A stretch of 64,000 bases of DNA from the IMG/VR virus record IMGVR_UViG_3300004806_000016; one strand, written 5' to 3'. The translations under genes and the position numbers were made by a program. The stretch comes from a virus. The notes beneath the pieces were generated by a model that had not been told where the DNA came from, ran no database searches, and saw only the letters and a list, made by a program, of their open reading frames with translations. Position 1 is the first letter of the stretch. Every line of letters begins with the position of its first letter. Below, one piece after another: positions 17,925-25,986 of the stretch.

Positions 17925-18134
17925 ATGAACGAGCGTATCAAAGAACTTTGGGAACAATCTCGAACTTCTGGAGTTCATCCTAAGTTTGGGGTTTATGACA
18001 AATACAGTGTAGAAAAGTTTGCCGAGTTGATTGTCAGGGAATGTGCCAGAGTTGAAAGCGAAATGAACAATCCAGATCATGTCGATGGCAAGTCGTTTAA
18101 TTAAACGATCTTGGAACACTTCGGAGTTAAATAA
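17925..18134 (+). pseudogene. MNERIKEL-family small protein with internal in-frame TAA (18102-18104)
   Basis: The same frame continues TILEHFGVK*, matching the KHFGVEE end of paralog 18469..18708. Confidence 0.55.
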
Positions 18135-18274
18135 TGTTTCACATAAGAGAAGAAGGCGAAACTACTAAAACAGGATTTAATTTTTATCCGCTTAAAAGTA
18201 GCCAACTTGGGTTTGTATTTAAGCTGGGCAATTTTGTTGGTTATTTTATTGGCTGAAAGATAGAGTAGTAAAAA

Positions 18275-18472
18275 ATGATGACTGAAGATGAAATATTAGA
18301 ATCGCTAAAGGCAGCTGCCCGCACTATTGGAATTCATACTTTTACGATCATGCTTCACGAATATCACGGTCGAACAGAACAGGCGGAAATTGTCCGTGGG
18401 CAAAAACAAAAACTAGAAGATCAACTGCGTAGAAGAATTGAGTTATTCTATGTGATGAAGGAGATAGAGTGA
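18275..18472 (+). CDS. Hypothetical protein (paralog of 18705..18911)
   Basis: Shared A.TIGI.....HE..G.TE.AE..R. Confidence 0.65.
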   Translation: MMTEDEILESLKAAARTIGIHTFTIMLHEYHGRTEQAEIVRGQKQKLEDQLRRRIELFYVMKEIE

Positions 18473-18708
18473 TGAACCAGCGTATCAAAGAACTTGCCAA
18501 ACAGGCTGGGTTTGCTATGGAAATTGATAATGATCCTAATAGCCCACCAGGATGGTGGGGTGCTGGACATAATCCAACATTTGAAAAGTTTGCCAAGTTG
18601 ATCATCGCCGATCTTGACAAGGTGTTGACGGATAACTTCTATGGTGATCCACATGAGATACCAGACTTCATCGAAGATGTAAAGAAACATTTTGGAGTTG
18701 AAGAATGA
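18469..18708 (+). CDS. MNQRIKELA-family small protein
   Basis: RIKELA..AG, EKFA.LI, KHFGVEE. Confidence 0.7.
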   Translation: MMNQRIKELAKQAGFAMEIDNDPNSPPGWWGAGHNPTFEKFAKLIIADLDKVLTDNFYGDPHEIPDFIEDVKKHFGVEE

Positions 18709-18911
18709 ACGAGTATAAAGTAAAATTTCCCGAACAATATAAAACATTGGAGTCAGTGGCTCAGACAATTGGAATAAACATGCTCCAGATTAGGATACAT
18801 GAACTTGAGGGACTTACGGAAGAAGCTGAAAAAATTAGGTCATTCAATACCGCAACAGTAGAATTTATGGAATATCTAATTAAAAATTATATTGAGACCA
18901 AAAACAAGTGA
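18705..18911 (+). CDS. Hypothetical protein (paralog of 18275..18472)
   Basis: Similarity to 18275 ORF. Confidence 0.65.
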   Translation: MNEYKVKFPEQYKTLESVAQTIGINMLQIRIHELEGLTEEAEKIRSFNTATVEFMEYLIKNYIETKNK

Positions 18912-19165
18912 TGACAATAGATTATGAACAACAATTTGAAGATATAATAGAAAGCATTTTTGAAGCGGGGCGCGATGATGCAGAAGAAGCACTTCGCATT
19001 CTAATTCGTCATGGTATGCATGATGGAGAGCATCACAAGATGTGGGTGATAGATCAGGCTGTCCGTGCATTGGCTGGTGGTTACTATGAAGAACTAATCG
19101 CAGCTGCAAATGGCGGTGAAGATGGTCCGGAAACATATTCATGGGATGTAGGAATTGCTCCATGA
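18908..19165 (+). CDS. Conserved phage hypothetical protein
   Basis: DGEHHKMWVIDQ.VR.L...WD.GIAP motif. Confidence 0.7.
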   Translation: MMTIDYEQQFEDIIESIFEAGRDDAEEALRILIRHGMHDGEHHKMWVIDQAVRALAGGYYEELIAAANGGEDGPETYSWDVGIAP

Positions 19166-19371
19166 GTGAAGATGCTGGTAAGCCAAAATACGATGTAGTC
19201 CTCTATACTTTGCAGAAACGCTACGACAAGTTAGATGCGATGGATAAGAACACAAACGTGTTTGGCATTATGCAACAGATTCGTATGGAACATTGCTATC
19301 AGTTGCAGAAAGCGATGAATATGTGGAAGAAATACAAAGAAGAACATCCTGAGGAGTTTGATTATGAATAG
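19162..19371 (+). CDS. Hypothetical protein
   Basis: ATGA-coupled. Confidence 0.6.
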   Translation: MSEDAGKPKYDVVLYTLQKRYDKLDAMDKNTNVFGIMQQIRMEHCYQLQKAMNMWKKYKEEHPEEFDYE

Positions 19372-19660
19372 ACGTGGATTATTTGCAGCACTTGCACTGG
19401 CGCCTGTTATGGCTGTCGAGGCATTTGCAAAGCCAAAGCCCGAGGGCGAGCCTCACAGTTCACAAAACTCTCTTGTATTGTCAGGAACTAAAAAACAAAC
19501 CAAACCTGCTGTTAGTAGTGCAAATGGTATGTTTTTAACATTGGATGGCGGCTGGGGCGCCAATGATCCAGACAAACAGGTTTCAATGGCTGTCGGTCAA
19601 GATGGCAATCTTTGGTTGAAGTCCAAGGGTGGCGATTGGAAGCGTGTGGTGACAGAATGA
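19364..19660 (+). CDS. Protein with twin-arginine (Tat)-like signal peptide
   Basis: MNRRGLFAALALAPVMAVEAFA-K; RBS GAGGAG. Confidence 0.65.
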   Translation: MNRRGLFAALALAPVMAVEAFAKPKPEGEPHSSQNSLVLSGTKKQTKPAVSSANGMFLTLDGGWGANDPDKQVSMAVGQDGNLWLKSKGGDWKRVVTE

Positions 19661-19926
19661 AAGTATACATTGATGACTACAATGTGATGTGGTGTGGAAC
19701 AGATGATATTCCCCGTGGTGTCGGTGACCACACCAATATTATTGATTGGGACCTTGTTAAGGATACTGATTGGGAAGCATGTAGCTACGGTAAAGACTAC
19801 AAGCCTCCGATTGCAGAAATATCTGAAGAAGACTACGCTAAGTTCCACGAGGCATGTGAGACGATCAATCAAATTATAGATAAAGTATATCAACTGAGAA
19901 CAGAGTATTGTGATGCGGAAGATTAA
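19657..19926 (+). CDS. Hypothetical protein
   Basis: ATGA-coupled. Confidence 0.6.
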   Translation: MKVYIDDYNVMWCGTDDIPRGVGDHTNIIDWDLVKDTDWEACSYGKDYKPPIAEISEEDYAKFHEACETINQIIDKVYQLRTEYCDAED

Positions 19927-20191
19927 TGTAACAAAAAGAACCATGACCCTTGAAGAAGAGGAGCGGCTGTATGGCTACCTCGAGGGTAAACACTGTGCTC
20001 TCGACGAGCAGCGTGATGGTGCAAATTTCTATATGAATATGCAGATGTGGTTCAGCGGTAACAGGAATATCTGGCGTTCCTTCCGCGAGGGCTACCTGAA
20101 ACACACCAAGGGTCGTGCTCCAAGGAAATTTGACCAGAGCTGGCGTAACGTTCCTCGCCCAGCCAATCCCCCAGCTGTAGGAAGCTTCTGA
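19910..20191 (+). CDS. Hypothetical protein
   Basis: Packed ORF. Confidence 0.55.
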   Translation: MMRKINVTKRTMTLEEEERLYGYLEGKHCALDEQRDGANFYMNMQMWFSGNRNIWRSFREGYLKHTKGRAPRKFDQSWRNVPRPANPPAVGSF

Positions 20192-20580
20192 TGAGAGAAG
20201 ATCTGATGGTCCAGCAACAGATTGATGGCCCATGGCAACATATGGTCGGAGTCATGATGCTGAACCTGACTGATCGAAAGGTAGTAAAACAGATACTGCC
20301 ACAGTTTCTTGAACGCTGGCCAACACCAGAGGCTCTACTTCGCAGCCGCATCATTGATATAGAAGAGATGATTAAGCCTCTGGGCCTCTACCGTCGGCGT
20401 GCAAAGGCGATCTATCGGATGAGCATAGACTTCCTAAGCTGGGATGGTAAGGACGCTACACAGCTTCATGGTATCGGTCAGTATGGTTCGGAGAGTTATC
20501 GCATCTTCTTTCTTGGCGAGACCCTCGAGCCACAAGATAAGGAATTAAAAAAATACATGCTTGACATTAATACCAAATGA
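20191..20580 (+). CDS. Minimal HhH-GPD (MBD4/endonuclease III-like) DNA glycosylase
   Basis: PWQH.VGV.MLNLT, PLGL..RRA, HhH LHGIGQYG.ESY.IF, P.DKEL. Confidence 0.8.
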   Translation: MREDLMVQQQIDGPWQHMVGVMMLNLTDRKVVKQILPQFLERWPTPEALLRSRIIDIEEMIKPLGLYRRRAKAIYRMSIDFLSWDGKDATQLHGIGQYGSESYRIFFLGETLEPQDKELKKYMLDINTK

Positions 20581-20589
20581 GGGTATGAT
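20561..20589 (+). promoter_or_regulatory. Early-type promoter
   Basis: TTGACA-17-TATGAT. Confidence 0.75.
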
Positions 20590-20595
20590 GTTGAA

Positions 20596-20769
20596 ATGAT
20601 GAAACATGACCTTATCCCAATGATCGTTCTCTACTGTCGCGCCAAGAATCTGATCCTGAGTGATTATCTCCAGGGTCTCTTTGGTGGTTTGACTGATGAG
20701 AATATGCCCAAAAATTTCCTCGCGATGCAGCTGAAGTATCACGAGGATTGGTTAAACAAAGGTGTATGA
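20596..20769 (+). CDS. 57-aa hypothetical protein, possibly leaderless (not in ORF track)
   Basis: ATG 6 nt after the -10 box; stop overlaps the next start. Confidence 0.5.
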   Translation: MMKHDLIPMIVLYCRAKNLILSDYLQGLFGGLTDENMPKNFLAMQLKYHEDWLNKGV

Positions 20770-21455
20770 TGTTTGATAAACCTACGGCTGAGTTTTTCGA
20801 GACTCTTGGTCAGTACGTATACATGTATAGCAGCAAAGATGAGATACTGTATATTGGCAAGGGTGTAAACGATCGTTGCCTCTTTCATCTAAAGGACAAA
20901 GGTTTTGAATATGAAGACTGCTATATAGTCGGTCGTAATCTTGAGAGCTTTAATGATAAACCATCACTACTGTTTGAATCTTATCTGATTAAGAACTATA
21001 ATCCAACCCATAATGCAGTTTCTGGCCATTACAAGGAGTGTTTCGATATGGTCTCTCTTGCCTCTCTCTATTCTGAATTTAAATCTACACAACACGATAA
21101 CTTCGAAACTCTGCCCGATTGGTATATTGAAGACTATCATCTAATCAAGGGCAACATTAGGGAAGTATCGATAGCAAAAGATAAATTCACTGTAATAAGT
21201 ACTGCTAATTCTGGCGTTTATATTCATATCATTGTATCTTCTGTTGATAGTTCCACTCAAGTTCTTCTTGAGATGTCAAACTATTTTACCAATAAACCAA
21301 ATAAAATTATTGAAACTAGAGAGAAACTCTTTCATTGGCTCAAAGCCTGTGGTAAAAAAGAAATAACTGAAGATAAGAATCAGTTAAAAATTTATGTTAA
21401 CTGCGATTCTCCTAACGAAGCTGCTGTCCTCTTTTCTGAATTTTTTGGAGTCTGA
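20766..21455 (+). CDS. GIY-YIG domain protein
   Basis: YVY.Y.....LYIGKG..DR...H, then E..LI....P..N. Confidence 0.75.
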   Translation: MMFDKPTAEFFETLGQYVYMYSSKDEILYIGKGVNDRCLFHLKDKGFEYEDCYIVGRNLESFNDKPSLLFESYLIKNYNPTHNAVSGHYKECFDMVSLASLYSEFKSTQHDNFETLPDWYIEDYHLIKGNIREVSIAKDKFTVISTANSGVYIHIIVSSVDSSTQVLLEMSNYFTNKPNKIIETREKLFHWLKACGKKEITEDKNQLKIYVNCDSPNEAAVLFSEFFGV

Positions 21456-21457
21456 TC

Positions 21458-22045
21458 ATGCCTAATTGGTGTTATAACTATGCTACCTTCTCTCATAAAG
21501 ATCCAGAACAGGTCAAGCGTCTGGTAAATGCTGTTAAAGAACACAATCTCTTTACCGAGTTTGTTCCCTGCCCATCTGAGATTATGGAACATGTTGAAGA
21601 GGGCGAGAATTATAATGAACGATGCGAGGCTAAAGCTAAGAGTAATCTAGAGAAGTATGGTTACTCTGGCTGGTATGACTGGAACTGTGGTAACTGGGGA
21701 ACTAAGTGGGATATCGGCAATCCTGATGTCTATGAAGAGAGTGATGGCTCAGCTGTATGCTCTTTTGATACTGCTTGGGGACCTCCGATTGCTTTCTATG
21801 AAAAGATGGTAGACATGGGCTGGGAAGTCGATGCCGAATATACAGAAGAGGGTATGGGGTTCGTTGGTTACTTTACAAATGAAGAGGGTGACGAATGTTT
21901 TGACTTAAACTTTGATGCTTTTGACGAAGATTGGAAAGATAATTTTCCCGAGCGTCTTCATGAACGTATTCAATATCAGTATGATGACTGGTTAGAATGG
22001 CAGGAAGAAGAGAATAAAACATTTAAAGATGAGATTGGGTGTTAA
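21458..22045 (+). CDS. DUF1281/YubB-like ferredoxin-fold protein
   Basis: MPNWC.N, WYDWN..NWGTKWD, FDTAWGPP. Confidence 0.85.
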   Translation: MPNWCYNYATFSHKDPEQVKRLVNAVKEHNLFTEFVPCPSEIMEHVEEGENYNERCEAKAKSNLEKYGYSGWYDWNCGNWGTKWDIGNPDVYEESDGSAVCSFDTAWGPPIAFYEKMVDMGWEVDAEYTEEGMGFVGYFTNEEGDECFDLNFDAFDEDWKDNFPERLHERIQYQYDDWLEWQEEENKTFKDEIGC

Positions 22046-22047
22046 GA

Positions 22048-23169
22048 ATGGCTCGTCGTCCAGCATTAATTAAACGAAAAGCAAAGACCGTTCGAAAGAC
22101 TCATAGTGAGGTTTTCCTGGTCAATCGTAAATATCTGGGCGACGAGCCTGAGAATGTGGTTACTCGCGCAGATCTTCTCAATGCTACCAACTGGTATGGT
22201 ATCATGTGCGACCGAGAGGATGCTCGCGAGTACTTACATACTTGGCTGATGGAGGTAGGTCAGGGAGAACTGGCCAAGGGTATCAAAAAGATTCCTGATA
22301 CCTGGATTCCCTTTCATGTGGCTTGGCAGTGCCGTATCGCCAGTAAACATAAGAGAGTCCTTGAGGCTGATGCTTATGACCGCATGATTCGCGACATCAA
22401 GTATGCGATCTCTAAGGGTTCAAATGATGAGCCTGAGGAAAAACCAAAGGCAGCTGTCGTATCTATTCAGGATCGCATGCGCGAGAAGCTCAGTGATATC
22501 ATTGGTGATATTGAGGCTCTGATTGATTCAGGCGAAACATTTTCATTATACGACTGGCTAAAGACCAACGAGGTTCCAGCTGCGTATGCCTCTAAGATTG
22601 CTGACTATTATCGTCCCATCGAGACAGAGATGCGTCTAGCATTGATTCCTAAAGGTCAGGATGGTTATCTAGATGGGTATGAGAACTGGACCAAGTTACA
22701 GATCCGTGCACGAGCTGAGTTTTATGGCAAGATTATGTCAGATGCTGAACGCTACGGTGATGTGACTAAGAAGGTTCGTAAGCCTCGCAAGCCTCGTGCA
22801 GTATCGGTTGACAAGAAGCTGCAGCACCTTCGCTACCTAAAGGAGAGCAATGAGTTTAAGCTCGCATCAGTAGCTCCAGAGAAGATCCTCGGAGCCTCAG
22901 AGGTCTGGTTGTTTAATGTGAAGTATAAGGTCTTTACAGTCCTTCGAGCACTAGACCGTGGCGGTCTTGATGTGAATAGGTCAACCATCACAAAATATGA
23001 CGAGAAAACCAGTCAGTCTAAGAAGGGCGGACGTAAGCCAGAATTGGTGCTTGACAAAATCCAGAATGGAGGTAAGATAATGCTAAGGAAAGTCTTAGAC
23101 GATCTTAAGCCAGACGGAAAGATTCAAGATCGTCTTAACGAACATGTAATTATTTTGAAGGTCGTATGA
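22048..23169 (+). CDS. Conserved T4-like hypothetical protein
   Basis: KY.G.EP, SIQDRM.EK, L.SV.P.KI.GA..VW.FN.K motifs. Confidence 0.75.
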   Translation: MARRPALIKRKAKTVRKTHSEVFLVNRKYLGDEPENVVTRADLLNATNWYGIMCDREDAREYLHTWLMEVGQGELAKGIKKIPDTWIPFHVAWQCRIASKHKRVLEADAYDRMIRDIKYAISKGSNDEPEEKPKAAVVSIQDRMREKLSDIIGDIEALIDSGETFSLYDWLKTNEVPAAYASKIADYYRPIETEMRLALIPKGQDGYLDGYENWTKLQIRARAEFYGKIMSDAERYGDVTKKVRKPRKPRAVSVDKKLQHLRYLKESNEFKLASVAPEKILGASEVWLFNVKYKVFTVLRALDRGGLDVNRSTITKYDEKTSQSKKGGRKPELVLDKIQNGGKIMLRKVLDDLKPDGKIQDRLNEHVIILKVV

Positions 23170-23609
23170 TGAAACCAGTAAATAAGTTTTTTGATGATGA
23201 GCATATCGCAAAGATTGAAGAAAAATACAATGCTAAGTATGTCATTGATACTTGTCTTAAATCTCTGGGCGGTTCTTGGGTAAATTCTCCTGCTGCAATT
23301 TTTTATACAGAAGAACCACACCCTGAAGGCTCAAACTACATGGCTCTGTATTGGTCAGATATTCACAATGGGTGGATGATCACGAATGCTATCAAAGCTA
23401 TCGAGGGTCAGTTTGGTGGCTTTCTGTTTGAAGATGGTGAGCTAGTCCATAGTCGTTTTCGGCACGATTGTTTCGTTCATCGCGGAGCAATGGTAGATGG
23501 TGGTCGTGACTACTTTAAATCGTCTGCAAATGTTGAAGGCGCAAGACGAATTAGTTTTAAAATTGAAAAAGATCAGATTGTAGAGGTGCAAAATGAAAGA
23601 GCTGCTTGA
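23166..23609 (+). CDS. Conserved phage hypothetical protein
   Basis: SRFRHD...VDGGRDY motif. Confidence 0.7.
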   Translation: MMKPVNKFFDDEHIAKIEEKYNAKYVIDTCLKSLGGSWVNSPAAIFYTEEPHPEGSNYMALYWSDIHNGWMITNAIKAIEGQFGGFLFEDGELVHSRFRHDCFVHRGAMVDGGRDYFKSSANVEGARRISFKIEKDQIVEVQNERAA

Positions 23610-23961
23610 TGCTTATTACCAAGAACGCCGCCAGAATGAAGCTCTGAAAGGCAATATCGCATTGCTACAGGCTGAGCTGAAGCGTGTTAAAGAAAACTAC
23701 GACTATGTTGTTCATATGAGCCAGAACTATAAAGATATTAGCGAAGAAGAAAAACAGGCTGAAATTGATGAAGGAAAAATTGCCGTCCATAATATATCGA
23801 AACCAAAATATGTTATTGGTTCTGGCGCAGTTCCTTTCTCAGTAACTGGTGTTGATGCCAGCCAGCATGCACCTAAAGGAAACATCAATACTAGCTTGGT
23901 TGATTATGAGTATGATACTGGTCATGTAATTCCTCGTGACGATTCACATAATTGGGGTTGA
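23593..23961 (+). CDS. Hypothetical protein
   Basis: RBS GAGG. Confidence 0.6.
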   Translation: MKELLDAYYQERRQNEALKGNIALLQAELKRVKENYDYVVHMSQNYKDISEEEKQAEIDEGKIAVHNISKPKYVIGSGAVPFSVTGVDASQHAPKGNINTSLVDYEYDTGHVIPRDDSHNWG

Positions 23962-23962
23962 T

Positions 23963-24079
23963 ATGATTCCTAGCTGGTATAAAATCTACACACGCATCAT
24001 TGACAATACTATAAAGATAGTTTGGTTGATATTACTGATAACATGGCTGCTTGATGGCGCCAAATTGCTTGTAAAATAA
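23963..24079 (+). CDS. 38-aa membrane peptide (not in ORF track)
   Basis: MIPSWYKIYTRIIDNTIKIVWLILLITWLLDGAKLLVK. Confidence 0.45.
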   Translation: MIPSWYKIYTRIIDNTIKIVWLILLITWLLDGAKLLVK

Positions 24080-24080
24080 C

Positions 24081-24111
24081 TTGACTTTTTACCCAATGTA
24101 GGCTATAAATA
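24081..24111 (+). promoter_or_regulatory. Composite early/late promoter for tmRNA
   Basis: TTGACT-17-TATAAA; the -10 box is part of the T4 late motif TATAAATA. Confidence 0.75.
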
Positions 24112-24114
24112 ATA

Positions 24115-24431
24115 TGCGATGGTCGTTGACGTTATACGGCATAAGCACACTGGACTCGGGGGCGGTACCCGACGCCTCCACCATAGATACATGGTGCTGT
24201 TACCAATTAAGGTGTAAGGATGCCATCAAAAAGAACGTACAGCTCCGTTCTGGCAAATCGTCATCATGTATCTTTGCTGGGGGCGAAATAGGATCGACAG
24301 GTGTGATAAAGGTATTACTGAGATCATAGCAAACGTCATAGATGCAAACGATAATGCACCTATCGCTATGGCACTAGCTGCCTAAGCATGAGCTTTTGGT
24401 AGTTTTGGCTTGGAAACAGAACAAAACTACC
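24115..24431 (+). ncRNA. ssrA: Circularly permuted two-piece tmRNA (alphaproteobacterial type)
   Basis: Acceptor piece ends CGCCTCC-A-CCA (24183). Coding piece starts GGGGGCGAAATAGGATCGAC (24279), giving a 7-bp acceptor stem with G3:U70. Tag ANDNAPIAMALAA* at 24344-24385; terminal hairpin 24398-24431; 5' end approximate. Confidence 0.9.
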
Positions 24432-24432
24432 G

Positions 24433-24888
24433 TCAATAACAACTTCGTTGATGTAATACTAATCCATTAACTGAAATTATTTTTTTACAATTCAAACAAC
24501 ATACCTTTTTTTGTTGTTTTCCTTGCATTGGATTTTTACCATTTCGGCTTTGTTCTTTTCTTTTTTCTATTAAATGTTCTTTCATTCCAGGCATTTTCCA
24601 CATATTTAATATTTTATTTTTTTGTTGTTCTTTATTTTTAGGTAATTTATTCATATGCCAAGAATTTCTTTTACCATTTTCCGACATGGTTAACGATATA
24701 ATTTTTTCTTTATCTATCATTTTAGATAAACCAAGCCAAGCAATTCTATCGTATTCATTACCATGTTGTTCCCATAATTTTTTGTGCGCTTCTGCGTGCT
24801 CTTCTACAGTTAAAAGAACAATATTAGATGGATCGTCCGATCCACCAGCGTGTTTAGGAATTATGTGATGTTTGTGATAAATAACCAT
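24433..24888 (-). mobile_element. Free-standing HNH homing endonuclease
   Basis: HKHHIIPKHAGGSDDPSNIVLLTVEEHAEAH; basic tail with C-terminal CxxC...H...C; very AT-rich; opposite orientation to neighbours. Confidence 0.85.
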
Positions 24889-24912
24889 GCTGTGTTTCCT
24901 TTCTAACATAGA

Positions 24913-24953
24913 GTCAGTGGGATTGCCCTCCGCGACTGACAATATTATTTATA
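24913..24953 (-). promoter_or_regulatory. Late promoter TATAAATA plus leader hairpin of HNH gene
   Basis: tatttata at 24946-24953; GTCAGT...ACTGAC stem at 24913-24940. Confidence 0.7.
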
Positions 24954-24977
24954 ATATATTATCTTCAAGGAACCAAA

Positions 24978-25160
24978 ATGCAAAAGTTAGCACAATTTAT
25001 TAGCGATTTTCACCATAAGATGTTTGCTTATGTTTCTGAACGTGCAAAGGCGAGCATATGGTTCGCTATCCTTCTTTCATTCATGGCACTGTATGAAGTG
25101 TTTGAACATATCGTAATACCAGCTGCTCTATTGGTTTGGGCTTGGATGTCATGGTCATAA
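24978..25160 (+). CDS. Small membrane protein
   Basis: RBS AAGGA; two hydrophobic stretches. Confidence 0.65.
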   Translation: MQKLAQFISDFHHKMFAYVSERAKASIWFAILLSFMALYEVFEHIVIPAALLVWAWMSWS

Positions 25161-25265
25161 CTCTATCAACCTGTGGACCTATCGTTTTCGATACCATGTT
25201 TTGGTTATCTCTTGGGTTTTTTGTTACGACAGCAAGTCTTATAATCTTCGAAAAATACTTTTAAT

Positions 25266-25342
25266 GGTCTCTTAGCTCAGCAGGATAGAGCAACAGCCTT
25301 CTAAGCTGTGGGTCGCTGGTTCGAATCCAGCAGAGATCGCCA
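25266..25342 (+). tRNA. tRNA-Arg (TCT)
   Basis: Cloverleaf with GGTCTCT/AGAGATC stem, anticodon loop CTTCTAA, GGTTCGAATCC, encoded CCA. Confidence 0.95.
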
Positions 25343-25357
25343 TTATTCCTAGTTAAA

Positions 25358-25434
25358 GCTCGGGAAGCATAAGCGGTATATGCCTGCGTCTCATAAACGT
25401 ATTATAGTGGGTTCGAGTCCCACACCGAGCACCA
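25358..25434 (+). tRNA. tRNA with CAT anticodon (Met or Ile2)
   Basis: GCTCGG/CCGAGC stem, loop CTCATAA, GGTTCGAGTCC, CCA; atypical G7:A66 and A8. Confidence 0.85.
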
Positions 25435-25471
25435 TTTTTTCGCTACCCCTACCATCATCAAAGGAGCAGTA

Positions 25472-25696
25472 ATGAAATTTGCATTCGACGTCGTTAAGTT
25501 TAATAATGAGATAGACAAGATGTGTAGAAACAATGTCGATTACATTGACGCAGTCGTAACTTGGTGCGAGAGAAACAATGTTGATGTAGAAGTTCTTGCT
25601 GGTGTAATCAAGAAAGATCCCGTAATTAAATCTAAACTTCAGGCTGATGCTGAGAATCTTAATTTCCTCAAAGGTGGAGCTAAGTTGCCGATATGA
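25472..25696 (+). CDS. 33: gp33 late transcription coactivator
   Basis: YIDAVV..CE.N...E......IK.KL..DAE.LNFL; lies before gp59. Confidence 0.85.
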   Translation: MKFAFDVVKFNNEIDKMCRNNVDYIDAVVTWCERNNVDVEVLAGVIKKDPVIKSKLQADAENLNFLKGGAKLPI

Positions 25697-25986
25697 TTGC
25701 AAAAGTAAAAGAAGTTGAATGCAGTCTTGATGATTTTGACGATTGGGATCTGAAAGACGAATTACAATCTCGTGGTTATGTTATTGATGGAGATCTTTCT
25801 GATTTTGAGGATTGGGAGATCTACGAAGAATTCGAGAAACGTAGACTTGGTAAACCCATTGAACCACTCGAAGATGCAATCTTTAAACTTTATGAAGAAT
25901 GGTTAGCAGATGAAGGTGATAACGATCGTCGTTTTGATAAAGCACTGCGAGCATTTTTCTCAAAACAACTTGATAAGAATTTATGA
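25693..25986 (+). CDS. Acidic hypothetical protein
   Basis: Internal L.DF.DW repeat. Confidence 0.6.
   Translation: MIAKVKEVECSLDDFDDWDLKDELQSRGYVIDGDLSDFEDWEIYEEFEKRRLGKPIEPLEDAIFKLYEEWLADEGDNDRRFDKALRAFFSKQLDKNL

Noticed and set aside
18102-18104. Genome-wide stop-codon reassignment
   Set aside because: Core genes are intact in the standard code and end in TAA, TGA or TAG; no suppressor tRNA seen
23051-23078. Intragenic TTGACA-16-TAAGAT promoter
   Set aside because: 16-bp spacing and inside a coding region; plausible but not supported well enough to call
24114-24329. 71-aa ORF in the ORF track
   Set aside because: Overlaps the tmRNA acceptor, spacer and coding pieces; shadow ORF
24433-24942. 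HNH as a group I intron-encoded ORF
   Set aside because: It lies outside the tmRNA, on the opposite strand, with its own late promoter; no interrupted host gene or intron core is evident
25391-25702. Minus-strand 103-aa ORF
   Set aside because: Antisense to the tRNA and gp33; shadow ORF
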